Of a stretch of DNA of 64,000 nucleotides, positions 19,301 to 29,285 are shown one piece after another. Each line of letters begins with the position of its first letter. Position 1 is the stretch's first letter. The notes under the pieces were generated by a model. It saw nothing but the letters and a program-made list of their open reading frames with translations, was not told the origin of the DNA and ran no database searches. The DNA lies in contig CAZBTQ010000001.1 of NCBI GenBank assembly GCA_964494405.1, positions 23,510-87,509 of the forward strand, in the 5' to 3' direction. Origin of the DNA: an uncultured Iamiaceae bacterium (GTDB lineage: Bacteria > Actinomycetota > Acidimicrobiia > Acidimicrobiales > SKKL01). A program made the position numbers and the translations under genes.

Positions 19301-21147
19301 TGTCGCCGCTACCCATCCCGGTGCACGCCCAGAACGGCGGGGCATCACCCGCTGCGACCTCCACTCAAGGAACATTGTCGACCACCGCCCTGGCCCGGCA
19401 GGGGTCGTCGCTGTCGGACGGACAAGTCCTCACCCACGTTGCGAACGTCACCGGTTTCGCCATTGCGTATCGGACTGATCCAGCATTCGGAACTTTGACG
19501 ATCCGCGACGGTCCCGGTGGATCGGTGCTCGGGACCGTCAACTGCGCTGCCACGGCGAAGTCTGGAAACGTGTGGGTCTCTGGAGCTCTCTCGGCTGGCG
19601 ATCATACGCTCCACATCACCTCAACCGGGAACACTCGGGTGGAGATCATCCACCCGTTGCGTGAAAATAAGGTGCGCTTGTGGCCGTGCGGGCAGACCGG
19701 CCAGACCTCCGCCGACTACACCGCGGACGCGTTCCGGGCGCTCGACCTGATCGACACGCTCGACGCCGCTGGCACCCTCGGCCTGGTCCTGATCGCCACC
19801 GGGGCCAACGATCAGGACGGGCCGTACTCGACGTCGATGCCCGCCCTCGTCGCCGAGGTTCGTAATCGCACTGACGCCGACGTCGCCGTCTGGTTCCCGT
19901 ATCAAAGCAACGCAATAAATAGTACTGAGTTCAGTAATGCTCGGGCCGCATTCCTTAATCTCGATGCTGCTCTCATTGATGGGTCACTGGTAGCCGATCG
20001 GGTCCAGACCACAGATAACACTCACCCCTCCGCTCTTGGTCGTGACGTTCTCGCTTTTCATCTTTCTGCCGTCCTCTCCGGTGACCCCGTCGGCGCCGCG
20101 ATCCGGGCCGCGATCCGTCCGACCGTCGGCCGTGGAGCGTCAAACCTCACTCTCAGTGACAGCGGAATGACCATCGCTGGGGACACGTCGATTCTTCGAG
20201 TTGGTACGGGCAGGGTCTCATTCGCCACCTCCGCCCTTGGAGCGGTTCTCGGCGCCGGTGAGGCGCAGGCCGAGTTCCGACGGTGGTTGGCCTACGAGGA
20301 CCCGTCCGACCCGGCCGCACCCGGAGCGAACCAGGGTGTCGTGTACCTGGCTGACGACGGGGCAGGGAACACCGAGCTGCGGGTGCGGTTCGCCACCGGC
20401 GATGCCCGGGTGATCGCCTCTCAGGCCGCGGACCTTCTGGGCGGGAAGATCCCCGCCTCCCTGGTCGATGCCAAGGGTGACCTGATCGTCGCCACCGCGG
20501 CCGACACGGTGGCCCGCAAGGTCGTGGGAGCGGACAACACGGTGCTTCACGCTTCCGCCGCCGACGCGACCGGGGTGGCCTGGCGCACCCCGGACCTGTA
20601 CCCCGGCTTCGTCGTCCCGTCAGGCGCCTACTGGCTCCCCGCCGCTGGGGCCAACACCGGAACGATGTCCCTCAACCGCGCCTACTCGATGGTGGCGTGG
20701 CTGCCCGCAGGATCGATCGACGGTCTGGGGGTCCAGGTCACGGGCTTCGCCGCGTCATCGACGGTGCGCCTGGGGCTCTACTCGCTCGACTCCTACTACC
20801 GAGCCGGTGACCTGATCATCGACGCAGGGACCATCGACGCGTCGACCAACGGGTCGAAGACTGTGACCTTCACCCCGATCGCCATCACGGCTGGCCTCTA
20901 CGCGCTGGTCGGCGTCGCTCAGGGTGGTGACTCGGGCCCGACCGTCCGTACCCGGGTTGTCGGGCCGGTCGGCCAGTTCCTCCCTGGCGGGATCCTCGGA
21001 GACCTCGACTTCAGCAACGGCATGCCCGCCATGTACTCGGTCAACGACATGACCGGAGCGCTGCCCGCGACGTGGAGCACGAAGAACAACGCCAGCCCTA
21101 GCGGCCAGCAGTCGGGCGGCCCCGCCATCGGAGTGAGGTACGCATGA
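16324..21147 (+). CDS. Large mosaic fibre/appendage protein (Mtd-N-like N-terminus, SGNH hydrolase-like domain)
   Basis: IQLRRGT..W...NPILAIGEVGIEIDT..LKIGNG N-terminus; W-rich (S/T)G(D/E)xEP repeats; LISDS / GAND / DNTHPS SGNH blocks. Confidence 0.75.
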   Translation: MAMRIQLRRGTSVQWANINPILAIGEVGIEIDTNRLKIGNGAAQWNDLPYFIGGEESVVRPEDLAGVAFSGLSEDVAWEGPEGSDITNVKQGLDALFMNIESLLSDLDIAGVSPVDGEISKSALVNALKGATSSDLAIGDHNHALSQLSDVDVDELEHGFALGWDDVEGKWVPIDLSSFGAVQTVGGVAPIDGDVSAEGLAAALEGFLGGGGGPLTTESIELDTQAIINPTTDIILINNSEGVEYWEAETAYDTFPVGGRAYSDSNYQIWQAHAAAGTSGESEPDWEAVANSPWATSDGELRWNPSRLANDTGAWTAGSSPGSDALIADGSVWLAFSWWETTGDTEPDWSSAPDYGDTLVDGTYEWMRVAPYTGAWQADTEYRVRVFFDYWGMTLGDAVDVDAGWWGEGPGIALVWGSSRASAVSGDSEPSFPGLHDDQDHAWVSDDGIWWEGRFDWNDDGDYMGDAWLGLGDGDIGQRVVVFGWQSRFRVFDVSDPNDVSPDESIFVDANTGDMSEVGAGVAFVRVDTSTEDDEGPEIKWVPVTLHHDSWPFERDGNSAVATTSLTLDDHLLYYRYEGDKNHSLGWGYYRHNVDGPVLNGYEGGGFASGDANDEEDVLVGAWDSEGLKSLHEGNLERVLVEGSPASQVSIEEGDLPYLESWAGPITDVRAALIAADTDLSVIPFLSATLGETGFEASVASAPDVDAMVTHVHLDTNLDVDGFMVTATQPTRRLWVVHEHGGGHTLTWPPGTTQHGDTTHDTTDEAITVFEAWMDHAGDWNVLRLFPVDADPAGSASAVAGALTSHEEETTTAHGGLVASNDERLTDARTPTAHSHPVSDITATGTPSSATALYGDGTWKTPPGGDGADLSDDNPEALGDAAPGEAETASRADHVHPMPSAEDVEADPVGTALALVESADRSGSTGLRPDGLDQWFTAYEGASTGSPVDIVLISDSIMDNGTIANPPAPGLLLRTLNQLVGVHNADPVDPVAVSPLPIPVHAQNGGASPAATSTQGTLSTTALARQGSSLSDGQVLTHVANVTGFAIAYRTDPAFGTLTIRDGPGGSVLGTVNCAATAKSGNVWVSGALSAGDHTLHITSTGNTRVEIIHPLRENKVRLWPCGQTGQTSADYTADAFRALDLIDTLDAAGTLGLVLIATGANDQDGPYSTSMPALVAEVRNRTDADVAVWFPYQSNAINSTEFSNARAAFLNLDAALIDGSLVADRVQTTDNTHPSALGRDVLAFHLSAVLSGDPVGAAIRAAIRPTVGRGASNLTLSDSGMTIAGDTSILRVGTGRVSFATSALGAVLGAGEAQAEFRRWLAYEDPSDPAAPGANQGVVYLADDGAGNTELRVRFATGDARVIASQAADLLGGKIPASLVDAKGDLIVATAADTVARKVVGADNTVLHASAADATGVAWRTPDLYPGFVVPSGAYWLPAAGANTGTMSLNRAYSMVAWLPAGSIDGLGVQVTGFAASSTVRLGLYSLDSYYRAGDLIIDAGTIDASTNGSKTVTFTPIAITAGLYALVGVAQGGDSGPTVRTRVVGPVGQFLPGGILGDLDFSNGMPAMYSVNDMTGALPATWSTKNNASPSGQQSGGPAIGVRYA

Positions 21148-21701
21148 CCGAGCACACCATTTCCCGCCCTGACGGCACCGTCATCGAGCGCGTCACCGAC
21201 AACGGCGACGGCACCGGTACCCGCACGACCTACGACGCCGAGGGCAACGTGACCAGCACCGAGCCGGTCACTGGCCTCCCGCTCCCCGCGCCCCCGACGA
21301 TCGAGGACGCCCTCGCGACCGTCGCCACCATGGTCGCCTCCGAGAAGGTCCTCGACCCCGACGTCGTCCTCGACGACACCACCCTCGCCACCCTCGCTGC
21401 CCTGTTCCCCCCGTGGGCACCCGGCCAGACCGTCGCCGTCGGTGACCTCCGCTCCCACCAAGGGACGATCGTCGAGTGCGTCCAAGCGCACACCACCCAA
21501 CCGGACTGGGAGCCCGACGCCACCCCGGCGCTGTGGAAGGTCCACCGGGCCACCGAGACGCCTCAGCCGTGGGTGCAACCCGTCGGGCAACATGACTCTT
21601 ACCAGACTGGCGACCGAGTCACACACGCCGGGCAGACCTGGGCCTCCATTGTCGATAATAATGTTTGGGAACCAAATATCTACGGATGGGAACCGATATG
21701 A
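21144..21701 (+). CDS. Fibre-associated protein with carbohydrate-binding (CBM5/12-like) repeats
   Basis: ATGA overlap; WAPGQTVAVGD...CVQAHTTQPDWEP and WVQP.G.HDSYQTGDRVTHAGQTWAS..DNNVWEP. Confidence 0.75.
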   Translation: MTEHTISRPDGTVIERVTDNGDGTGTRTTYDAEGNVTSTEPVTGLPLPAPPTIEDALATVATMVASEKVLDPDVVLDDTTLATLAALFPPWAPGQTVAVGDLRSHQGTIVECVQAHTTQPDWEPDATPALWKVHRATETPQPWVQPVGQHDSYQTGDRVTHAGQTWASIVDNNVWEPNIYGWEPI

Positions 21702-21753
21702 TATGCCCCCGTCCAGTAATAAAGAGCTAGTCTAGCTATGATAAGATGTAGTT

Positions 21754-23445
21754 ATGTCCTATATTGATAACATTGATCAAAATATAGATGATCTGGATGA
21801 GCCTGTTGGGGCTATCATCCGTACGTTGGATAAACGGCGTAAAATAGTTTATGGTGAGACGATTATCTTTAGGGCTGAATTCCGTGATGAATTAGGCGAT
21901 CTCTACGATCCTGTAGAAGTCGGTTTTGATCTTTATCGCAGCGCTCTCCGTCCGATGACCAAACAGTTCTCATTTCTAGCGGAAGAAATAACAAGAACTA
22001 GTCAGGGAATCTTTCAAATATCGATAAGCATACCTGAGTATCTCGTACCCAGCATGTATACAGCTAGATGGCAGACAGAACATAACGGAGATACGGTCTA
22101 TGGTCTAGAGCAGTTCTTTGTAGTAGATCCCCCAGTTGATAACCAAGATCGCTTGGATCCCCCTCGTATATCTGGAGTTATAAGAGAATCTTTGAATTAC
22201 GATAATATGGGGGAAGGAACAACAGATACCATTTGTCTAATTGGGCATGTGGATGGTTTGTCTGTCAATGATCCATATCAAGTGGCCGATCTACAAGAAG
22301 CAGTAGACCTTCTACAAGCTAACGCAGAGTCGCCCCTATTGAGAGCTTTATTAGAGGCTTATGGATCTGGTTGTAGGGATATTTGGCTTGTTGCGGCCGC
22401 ACCCATGAGGGAATATGTCGCCTTGCATTCTGATCGTTTTGAGGAACGTGATGAATGGGGTGGGCGTAATTTTTATGAACGTTATGCTCAGAGACTGTCT
22501 GAAACATATAAAATAGTTCGCCAATACGATACATTTGATGTAATAATCTCGTTAGAGGCTCCATTTCATGACGCAGGCGGGGTAGATTTCTTCACTCCGT
22601 TAGTGCATCTCTGCTATAACATTTTCATATTAACAGGAAGTCCGCCAATTGGTGTAATAGGGACACGTTATGACTCCATCACCCAAGAAGATATAGACGC
22701 ATTGGCTTCCGATGCCCGCATAACCTCACTACATGAAGATCCGATCTATTCATCTGCAGCGAAGATGGTGTTGGTAGCTTTCGGAGAAGCTTTCATAAGA
22801 AGTCCGTTCATTGATAGAATGCATCCGGGATCAGTGGATGTAGCAGCAGCTAGCTACTTATGCGCCAACGCGCTGGTGAGAGGTCTGAGCTACACTCCCC
22901 TACAGAACGTTTTGACCATCAAGGGTCTAGATCTTGAAAAAGATCAGATTAAACAACTATCCAACGCCAGATTAAACCCAGTTGTTCGAACAAGTGAAGG
23001 GAAACGAGGTGTTCCTTTTCAGGTTGTTCTAGCTACAGATAATACTATGGCTCCAGAAGGGTCTGATTACTGGTCGGTCGTTCAGATGAGGCTTGTTTCC
23101 AGAGTCATCAAGGACATTAAACAGTTGGGTGGAAGCTATATAGGGACCATCCAATACCCCCAGTTTGTAAACGCTTTGAAGGTGTATTTCAAGCATTTGC
23201 AGGATATGGATTATCTAAGAGACTATACCTTCAGTGTAGAAAGGGACCAAAACGATCGAGGACGGGTGATCGTTGATGTTGTTCTTTATCCCAGGTTTGG
23301 CATCAATGATATTAGATTTAACGTGGAAGTTGGTCCAGAGACCCCAGTGAGCATGACCACAGCCTACGAATTGATCGATGTCGCAGACCCAGTAACAACA
23401 GGGCTTGATGTAGATTTGCCAGATAATATTGTGATCATAGGATGA
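21754..23445 (+). CDS. Tail sheath-like protein (paralogue with N-terminal Ig-like domain)
   Basis: C-terminal RLVSRVIKDIKQLGGSYIG...DYTFSV...VDVVLYPRFGINDIRFNV sheath signature; similar to 29361 ORF. Confidence 0.7.
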   Translation: MSYIDNIDQNIDDLDEPVGAIIRTLDKRRKIVYGETIIFRAEFRDELGDLYDPVEVGFDLYRSALRPMTKQFSFLAEEITRTSQGIFQISISIPEYLVPSMYTARWQTEHNGDTVYGLEQFFVVDPPVDNQDRLDPPRISGVIRESLNYDNMGEGTTDTICLIGHVDGLSVNDPYQVADLQEAVDLLQANAESPLLRALLEAYGSGCRDIWLVAAAPMREYVALHSDRFEERDEWGGRNFYERYAQRLSETYKIVRQYDTFDVIISLEAPFHDAGGVDFFTPLVHLCYNIFILTGSPPIGVIGTRYDSITQEDIDALASDARITSLHEDPIYSSAAKMVLVAFGEAFIRSPFIDRMHPGSVDVAAASYLCANALVRGLSYTPLQNVLTIKGLDLEKDQIKQLSNARLNPVVRTSEGKRGVPFQVVLATDNTMAPEGSDYWSVVQMRLVSRVIKDIKQLGGSYIGTIQYPQFVNALKVYFKHLQDMDYLRDYTFSVERDQNDRGRVIVDVVLYPRFGINDIRFNVEVGPETPVSMTTAYELIDVADPVTTGLDVDLPDNIVIIG

Positions 23446-23449
23446 TAAA

Positions 23450-24082
23450 ATGAGAAGAGCCATTAATGCCCCCACTGCAAGAGCCGACGGTAACCTTTCC
23501 TATTCTGAATTCGTATATGTCGTCAAGCAACTATGGAACAAGTATCACCCTGACATCCCTATGGTTCCTGAGCAAGGCCGCAATAGGGCTAAATACCCAT
23601 CTATCTACTATAGACTAGAATCTAGACGTCCTGTTGAGAACGAGGCTAAACCCAGGGTTAGGCCATTTGTTGATGGACACGATGACATCATCATAACCGC
23701 TCAAAGATTTTTAAACATTGTTGGTTTCACTGCCGTAACTCAGACAGAACCAGAAGAAGCCGAAGCAATTATTGATGAATTTGAAAACTTTATGTTGGAT
23801 ATGGTCCCCGTGTTAAAGCGAATGGGTGTTCAAGAAATCTTCTATAATCGACGGTTCCCTGAAAATGACGAAAACAGGGAGGGTCAAGACATTTGTAAGC
23901 GATCAGTCGCTTATAATGTTACTACTGAGAAGGTAAGGACTGTAAAAGTAAGTCGACTTGACAACTTCTTGATCGATGCCCGGATTTATGCGGACACTTT
24001 TGCCCAGGCAACGCCATCTGAGTTGGCAACACCCACTAGTATTATTGTGGATACTTTCCATAATGCAACCCCAAGTCATTAG
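23450..24082 (+). CDS. Tail terminator/completion protein
   Basis: YPSIYY motif, size and position; C-terminal tail with three ATP motifs. Confidence 0.5.
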   Translation: MRRAINAPTARADGNLSYSEFVYVVKQLWNKYHPDIPMVPEQGRNRAKYPSIYYRLESRRPVENEAKPRVRPFVDGHDDIIITAQRFLNIVGFTAVTQTEPEEAEAIIDEFENFMLDMVPVLKRMGVQEIFYNRRFPENDENREGQDICKRSVAYNVTTEKVRTVKVSRLDNFLIDARIYADTFAQATPSELATPTSIIVDTFHNATPSH

Positions 24083-24095
24083 GTTTTACTAAACT

Positions 24096-26591
24096 ATGCC
24101 CCGACACCAATTCCCATCGTATGCACAAAAAATAATCTTCAATTTAAAGCCAAAGCCAGACGCCATGTTTGGCTCAGCGTACGGGAGAACTCTCTCTATA
24201 TACTTGGATGAAGAGCTAACTGAACTAGCAGACATCCAGGATCTTGATGGTAATCCAATCCAAGACTCCAGAATTGCAATAGGTAAAGACAGTTTGATCC
24301 CCTACTTTCTTGGTCCGGATGGGGCACAAGAGCTTTATGCGTCCCCTTTGGGGTCCCTAGATGCAACAAAGTTGGTACCAACTAATTTCGCGGTCGAAGG
24401 TGGTGGTGGTGTCGCATCTGTTAACAATAAGTCGGGCTCTTCTATTATTTTAGACGCACAAGACGTTGGCGCTATTAAAGAAGATGTTCTTAATGACCCT
24501 CGTCGCTTTGGGGCTGCTGGCGATGACACTGCTGATGATGTCGAAGAACTACAAGCTGCAATAAATGCAGCATGTGCTAATGGTGCTCCATTATGGATTA
24601 CAAAAACTTATAGGACTAATGGGACCCTGACCTGGGACTCAAGTCAGGGCAGATTACACATTATTATGCAAGGTGAAGGGCGTATTAATTATGTTGGATC
24701 AGACGTTGCTTTTAGATTCACTATGCCCCTGCTCGCGGCGGGTCAGCCAAGTGTAAAAATTGAAGGCGGTCGAGTTACCGGGACGGCCGAGGCTCGTGCA
24801 GCCTTTGAGAACATAGATGCTCGTAGCCTTGATATAAGGAATTGTGAAGTAGAAGGCTTTACTAACGGGGCTTTCCTCATCCAAAAAAACCGTCATGCCT
24901 GGTGCGAACGTTTGCGAATGTTCAATAACAGCAGTCGCAATAATAGACATTTTGTTAAGTATGAGACAGAGAAGCGCACCATTACAAACAAGTCGCTCAC
25001 CTCAAACGTAGCGACCATTACTTTCTCGGGCGACGCGGGGAACTGGCAGACTGGCTCATCCGTCGAGATCATTGGAGTTGACGAAACTTTCAACGGTTCC
25101 TATACTTTAACTGGGGCTACATCAACAACAATCTCTTACGCTAGAACAGCCTCTAATGTTACCTCTACAGCAGCTAGCGGGACGATTCGGGCTCGTACCT
25201 CCTTTAAAGCTCAGCAAATTTTATGTTCACAGCTACAAGGTGGTTCGGCTGGCTACGGCCTCATCGACGTGGACGACGGGTGTAACGTCTATGACTCCTA
25301 TCTCTACGGGTTTTTCGGTAATATAGCCACAGACTCTTCCATCTTTCGAGCCCAGGGCAATTCGTCGTTTGGGCCCGGGACTCGGTTTGGCGGCTCAGGC
25401 ATCGAGGCGATGGGCGAAGGAACTTGCTACATCTTCAACTTCGAGCCTGGTTGGTCAGGCCTACTTCTAGATCTGACGGATTACCCTCGTCTCGGGGCTC
25501 AGATCGGGCTGCATCAAAACTCTGTATCGGGGCAGCAGTTCCGTACGAAGATTATTCCGGGAGGTATTGACACCTCAGGACAGCACGCCACCGTGACTGG
25601 TGGCCTCCTTATGCTTCAGAAGGCTGGAGCGATTGCCAACACGGACTTTCAAACTAATCCGACTATCGGCTCTATTGTTGGACAGGATACAAGCGCCAAT
25701 GCCTTAATGGCTCGTACCGCCAATGGTTATCAGTGGCTACCATCATGGAGCTCCAAGCGTACGGTCCCTGGCACAGCCGCTCCATCAACGGGGGCTTGGA
25801 CTGTTGGTGAGCGAGTCATAAACACAGCTCCAACAGCTGGATCACCAGAGGGCTGGATATGTCTAACCAACGGCTCTCCAGGAACATGGGCGGCTTACGG
25901 GTTCGTTAGTACCGTCTCTTCGTCTTTGCTTGGATCTGGTACCGCAGACGAGACCACATATTTAGCTGGAGACCGCACCTGGAAAGAAATGCCCACTCCA
26001 GAGGGCGGTGGTGGTGCCTTGGTAGATGGTGAAGGAACAACCGTAACAGAGGCTGGTGGGATAGTCCAGATCGATATCACTCGGGGCACTGAAGCTAACC
26101 AAACCCGTCACGGTAACGATGCGGCCTATTCAGACGCCCGAACGCCAACAGCTCACGCATCTTCTCATGGATCTGGTCAAAGCGACGCGCTAACACTTGC
26201 TATCTCGCAGATCACCGGACTCCAGTCCGCACTCGACGCTAAGGAGTCGGCCTTCAACGTCGCAATCGGGTTCGGCCTCGCCAAGCTGGCAGAGATCAAC
26301 ACGCAGACGGGAACCTCGTACACGCTTGTCCTTGCCGATGCCAGCAAGACCGTAGAGATGGACAACGGAGGAGCGATGACAGTGACAGTCCCGACTAACG
26401 CCTCCGTTGCTTACCCCGTCGGCACCCTTATCGAGATCGTGCGTCTTGGAGCAGGCACCGTGACCATCAACCATGCGGGAGTCACTGTCAACTCACCAGG
26501 TGGAGTCAAGACCATTGCCGAACAGTACGGCTCGGTGTTCCTCCGCAAGCGTGGCGAGGATGAGTGGGTCCTCTCGGGAGGTCTTGGATGA
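24096..26591 (+). CDS. Tailspike/fibre with pectate-lyase-like beta-helix
   Basis: DPRRFGAAGDDTADDVEELQAAINAA beta-helix entry motif; C-terminal TGTSYTLVLADA...DEWVLSGGLG fibre domain. Confidence 0.75.
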   Translation: MPRHQFPSYAQKIIFNLKPKPDAMFGSAYGRTLSIYLDEELTELADIQDLDGNPIQDSRIAIGKDSLIPYFLGPDGAQELYASPLGSLDATKLVPTNFAVEGGGGVASVNNKSGSSIILDAQDVGAIKEDVLNDPRRFGAAGDDTADDVEELQAAINAACANGAPLWITKTYRTNGTLTWDSSQGRLHIIMQGEGRINYVGSDVAFRFTMPLLAAGQPSVKIEGGRVTGTAEARAAFENIDARSLDIRNCEVEGFTNGAFLIQKNRHAWCERLRMFNNSSRNNRHFVKYETEKRTITNKSLTSNVATITFSGDAGNWQTGSSVEIIGVDETFNGSYTLTGATSTTISYARTASNVTSTAASGTIRARTSFKAQQILCSQLQGGSAGYGLIDVDDGCNVYDSYLYGFFGNIATDSSIFRAQGNSSFGPGTRFGGSGIEAMGEGTCYIFNFEPGWSGLLLDLTDYPRLGAQIGLHQNSVSGQQFRTKIIPGGIDTSGQHATVTGGLLMLQKAGAIANTDFQTNPTIGSIVGQDTSANALMARTANGYQWLPSWSSKRTVPGTAAPSTGAWTVGERVINTAPTAGSPEGWICLTNGSPGTWAAYGFVSTVSSSLLGSGTADETTYLAGDRTWKEMPTPEGGGGALVDGEGTTVTEAGGIVQIDITRGTEANQTRHGNDAAYSDARTPTAHASSHGSGQSDALTLAISQITGLQSALDAKESAFNVAIGFGLAKLAEINTQTGTSYTLVLADASKTVEMDNGGAMTVTVPTNASVAYPVGTLIEIVRLGAGTVTINHAGVTVNSPGGVKTIAEQYGSVFLRKRGEDEWVLSGGLG

Positions 26592-27280
26592 CCTTTGCTA
26601 TCAAGCAGGCAATCCGTCGAGCAGGACACTCCAAGCCGGGTGGCGGAGGCAGTCCCTCCTACCAGACCGCTGCGTTCGTACAGCAGGTGGTCAGCGATAC
26701 GGCAACGCAGAACCCCGCTGCCTCCATCACGAGCACGGCAGGCAATCTGCTCATCGCCGTTGCTATCTCCTCGGGGTCGGCCAACTCGAACTTCCCATCC
26801 GCCTTCACAGGGGGCTGGACGAAGCTTGGGGATCGCGCCGGGACCGGAGGGACGGCCAACTCCTCAACGGTGTATTACAAGGTGTCAGCAGGTGGCACTG
26901 ACACTCCAGACGCAACGTATCCGGCAGGGACCAATGTCCTCTGGATCGGGGAGTTCTCAGGGGTGACCTCCACGTTCACCTCAGATTCTGACGCAGCGGT
27001 ATTCGGTACGGCCCGCACCTTCGCCGCCATCACGACAGCAGCCGGACAGGCTCTCATCGCCATCGAAGCGCACCACAATACATCATCCAACTACACCTAT
27101 GACTCGTCTGGGAGCACGCTATCGGACCTGACGAAGGTTCACCCACCGAGCGGGTCCTCCCGGACTGGTGTTGCTATCTCCAACAATCCACCCGCCGGCT
27201 CGCACACCGTCACTTCCACCTGGACGACCGGTCGTGCGAGTACGGGCTGGGTATTCGCTATCAACAAGAAGACAGTTTGA
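26588..27280 (+). CDS. Fibre-associated beta-sandwich protein (start probably ATG 26588)
   Basis: ATGA overlap with previous stop; Thr/Ser/Gly-rich; homologous to N-terminus of next gene. Confidence 0.6.
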   Translation: MTFAIKQAIRRAGHSKPGGGGSPSYQTAAFVQQVVSDTATQNPAASITSTAGNLLIAVAISSGSANSNFPSAFTGGWTKLGDRAGTGGTANSSTVYYKVSAGGTDTPDATYPAGTNVLWIGEFSGVTSTFTSDSDAAVFGTARTFAAITTAAGQALIAIEAHHNTSSNYTYDSSGSTLSDLTKVHPPSGSSRTGVAISNNPPAGSHTVTSTWTTGRASTGWVFAINKKTV

Positions 27281-27281
27281 C

Positions 27282-29228
27282 ATGCCCGAGGTATTCTGGG
27301 ATCCGCTCTTTATTCAGACGGTCGTTGCTACGCCTGCTCAAAACCCGACACTTAACATAACAACAACAACAGGTGATTTGTTAATTGCTCAGTGCTCATC
27401 CGATGAGTCTTCTGTGTATGGGACCATGTCCGGATGGACGCATATTGAAAACAGACAGGTTGCGGGTAACGTCTGTGCGGCAGCCTTGTTTGTCAAGGCG
27501 GCTTCTGGTGGGGTAGAATCCCCAACGGCATCGTTTGCTTCAGGATCAAGCAACCGGTTACAGGTCTATCAAATTCGAGGATTGGAGATTTCTGTAAGTA
27601 GTTGGGTGGGGTCTACATCTGCATTTGGTACTACTCACACCTTTGGCTCGCTTGATGTAAGCTCTGGGGACCCAAAGGCTGTGGTTGCTGTGTTTACCGG
27701 ACATAATACTGTCGGGAATCTTGGGTTCTCGTCCGGCACGCTGACCCCAACGAAGTTGTATCCCGAGTCAGGCTCTCATCAGAGAGGGCTAGGCATGGCA
27801 TCGTCTGCTTCTGTTGGCACCCACACCATGACAGCAACCTGGACGACAGGTCGAACCTCTGTTGGCTGGCTTTTGTCCTTTGAGAAGAAGTCACGAGGTG
27901 AGACTACTGGTGTGAGTTTGAGCACCTCGACGCCGGTTTACAAGCCCGACAAGACCACCCCTGAGTCGGGTGCCGGGGAGACCGGCGGATCGTTCCCGCC
28001 GCAGGGGGTGTCCAAGTCGTCCCGCATCTGGGACGCTCGGGGGCAGGTCTGGAAGAAGACCCCGAGCGCCACCGTCACGGCGCCGCTCAAGTTCCGCAAC
28101 CCTGAGCACAACGGCGATGGGTGGCAGACCTGGCTCGGTGGGCTCGTCACCACCGACGCCGACCTGGAGACCACCCCGTGGGAGGCGGGGGAGAACGAGC
28201 AGCAGCGCATTCTCGTCGCGGCCGGGGTCACCTCCGGCACGTTCACGATCACCTTCGAGGGCCAGACGACCGACCCGATCACGTTCAGCGCGACCGACGC
28301 CACGATGATGGCGAACATCCAGGCCGCCCTTCTGGCGCTGTCGAACCTCGCTCCGGGCGACTTCACCATCGCCGACATAGGAAACCGCCACTTCGAGGTC
28401 ACCTTCACTGGGACCTACGCCGTGTCAGTCGTCTCGATGATGACGGCCAACTCGACAGGGCTCACGGGTGGAGTGGTCACCATTAACCGGGAGACGCTTG
28501 GATCGGTCCCTGCCTTCAACTGGCACTCGTTCTACGGTCTGACCACCTCGACGCCCGGCTTCAAGTGCGTCGGTACCGAGTTCGTCAACTGCGGCGACGC
28601 CATCGACTTCTCAGGGGCGGTCGGGGGAACCCCGTGGGAGATGCACGGAGTCAAGATCAGCCTCGCCCACGACGACGCCGTGCAGAACGACAACCACCAG
28701 GCCGGGTTCATGTACCACTGCCTCGTCTCCTCTTGTCACGTGTTCTTCTCATGCCAGGAGAGCGTGCACGACGGAACCGGCAACACGGTCACCATCGAGA
28801 ACTGTCTCGTCCGGGTCATGGCGATTGGCGACGCCTACAAGCCGTGGAAGTACGGCGAGGATCAACACGGTGGATTCTGGAAGCAATGGACTCCGAGTCT
28901 TTGTCCCAAGCTAATCGTCCGCAACTGCATCTTCCGTGCTGACCAGCCCGCTGCCTACGGCGGACCGAGCCGACCGAACGGGACGGTCGGTACTGGAGGT
29001 GGCCTGGCCGCCCCGGACCCCACCGTCGTGCTGGAGATGGACAACGTGCTCCTGATCAACTCCGATACTTGGGGAGAAGGCAAGGTCGACACCTGGGAGG
29101 AGGTTGCCACCGGAGCCGGGATCAAGTATGGCACCACCGAGCACTGGGATTACCACGAAGGGCTTTGGCTGGCCGAGCAGGGACCTCTTGGTTCCACTTA
29201 CACTCCCGACATAGACGCAGAACCATAG
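27282..29228 (+). CDS. Fibre/appendage protein with C-terminal beta-helix (start probably ATG 27282)
   Basis: ATG 1 nt after previous stop; NEQQRI...SGTFTITFEGQTT...IQAALLAL domain; C-terminal right-handed beta-helix-like repeats. Confidence 0.6.
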   Translation: MPEVFWDPLFIQTVVATPAQNPTLNITTTTGDLLIAQCSSDESSVYGTMSGWTHIENRQVAGNVCAAALFVKAASGGVESPTASFASGSSNRLQVYQIRGLEISVSSWVGSTSAFGTTHTFGSLDVSSGDPKAVVAVFTGHNTVGNLGFSSGTLTPTKLYPESGSHQRGLGMASSASVGTHTMTATWTTGRTSVGWLLSFEKKSRGETTGVSLSTSTPVYKPDKTTPESGAGETGGSFPPQGVSKSSRIWDARGQVWKKTPSATVTAPLKFRNPEHNGDGWQTWLGGLVTTDADLETTPWEAGENEQQRILVAAGVTSGTFTITFEGQTTDPITFSATDATMMANIQAALLALSNLAPGDFTIADIGNRHFEVTFTGTYAVSVVSMMTANSTGLTGGVVTINRETLGSVPAFNWHSFYGLTTSTPGFKCVGTEFVNCGDAIDFSGAVGGTPWEMHGVKISLAHDDAVQNDNHQAGFMYHCLVSSCHVFFSCQESVHDGTGNTVTIENCLVRVMAIGDAYKPWKYGEDQHGGFWKQWTPSLCPKLIVRNCIFRADQPAAYGGPSRPNGTVGTGGGLAAPDPTVVLEMDNVLLINSDTWGEGKVDTWEEVATGAGIKYGTTEHWDYHEGLWLAEQGPLGSTYTPDIDAEP

Positions 29229-29285
29229 GACAAATCGTCTAATGCACCACTTTAGCACAGTTCATTAGTGTTTTCTAGTTGTCTT

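Noticed and set aside
16324-21147. Diversity-generating retroelement target suggested by the Mtd-like N-terminus
   Set aside because: No reverse transcriptase and no template/variable repeat pair seen in this window; the domain is a common fibre anchor.
16900-29258. Many overlapping and antisense ORFs in the GC-rich regions
   Set aside because: Expected shadow ORFs of high-GC3 coding sequence; no RBS or recognisable motifs.
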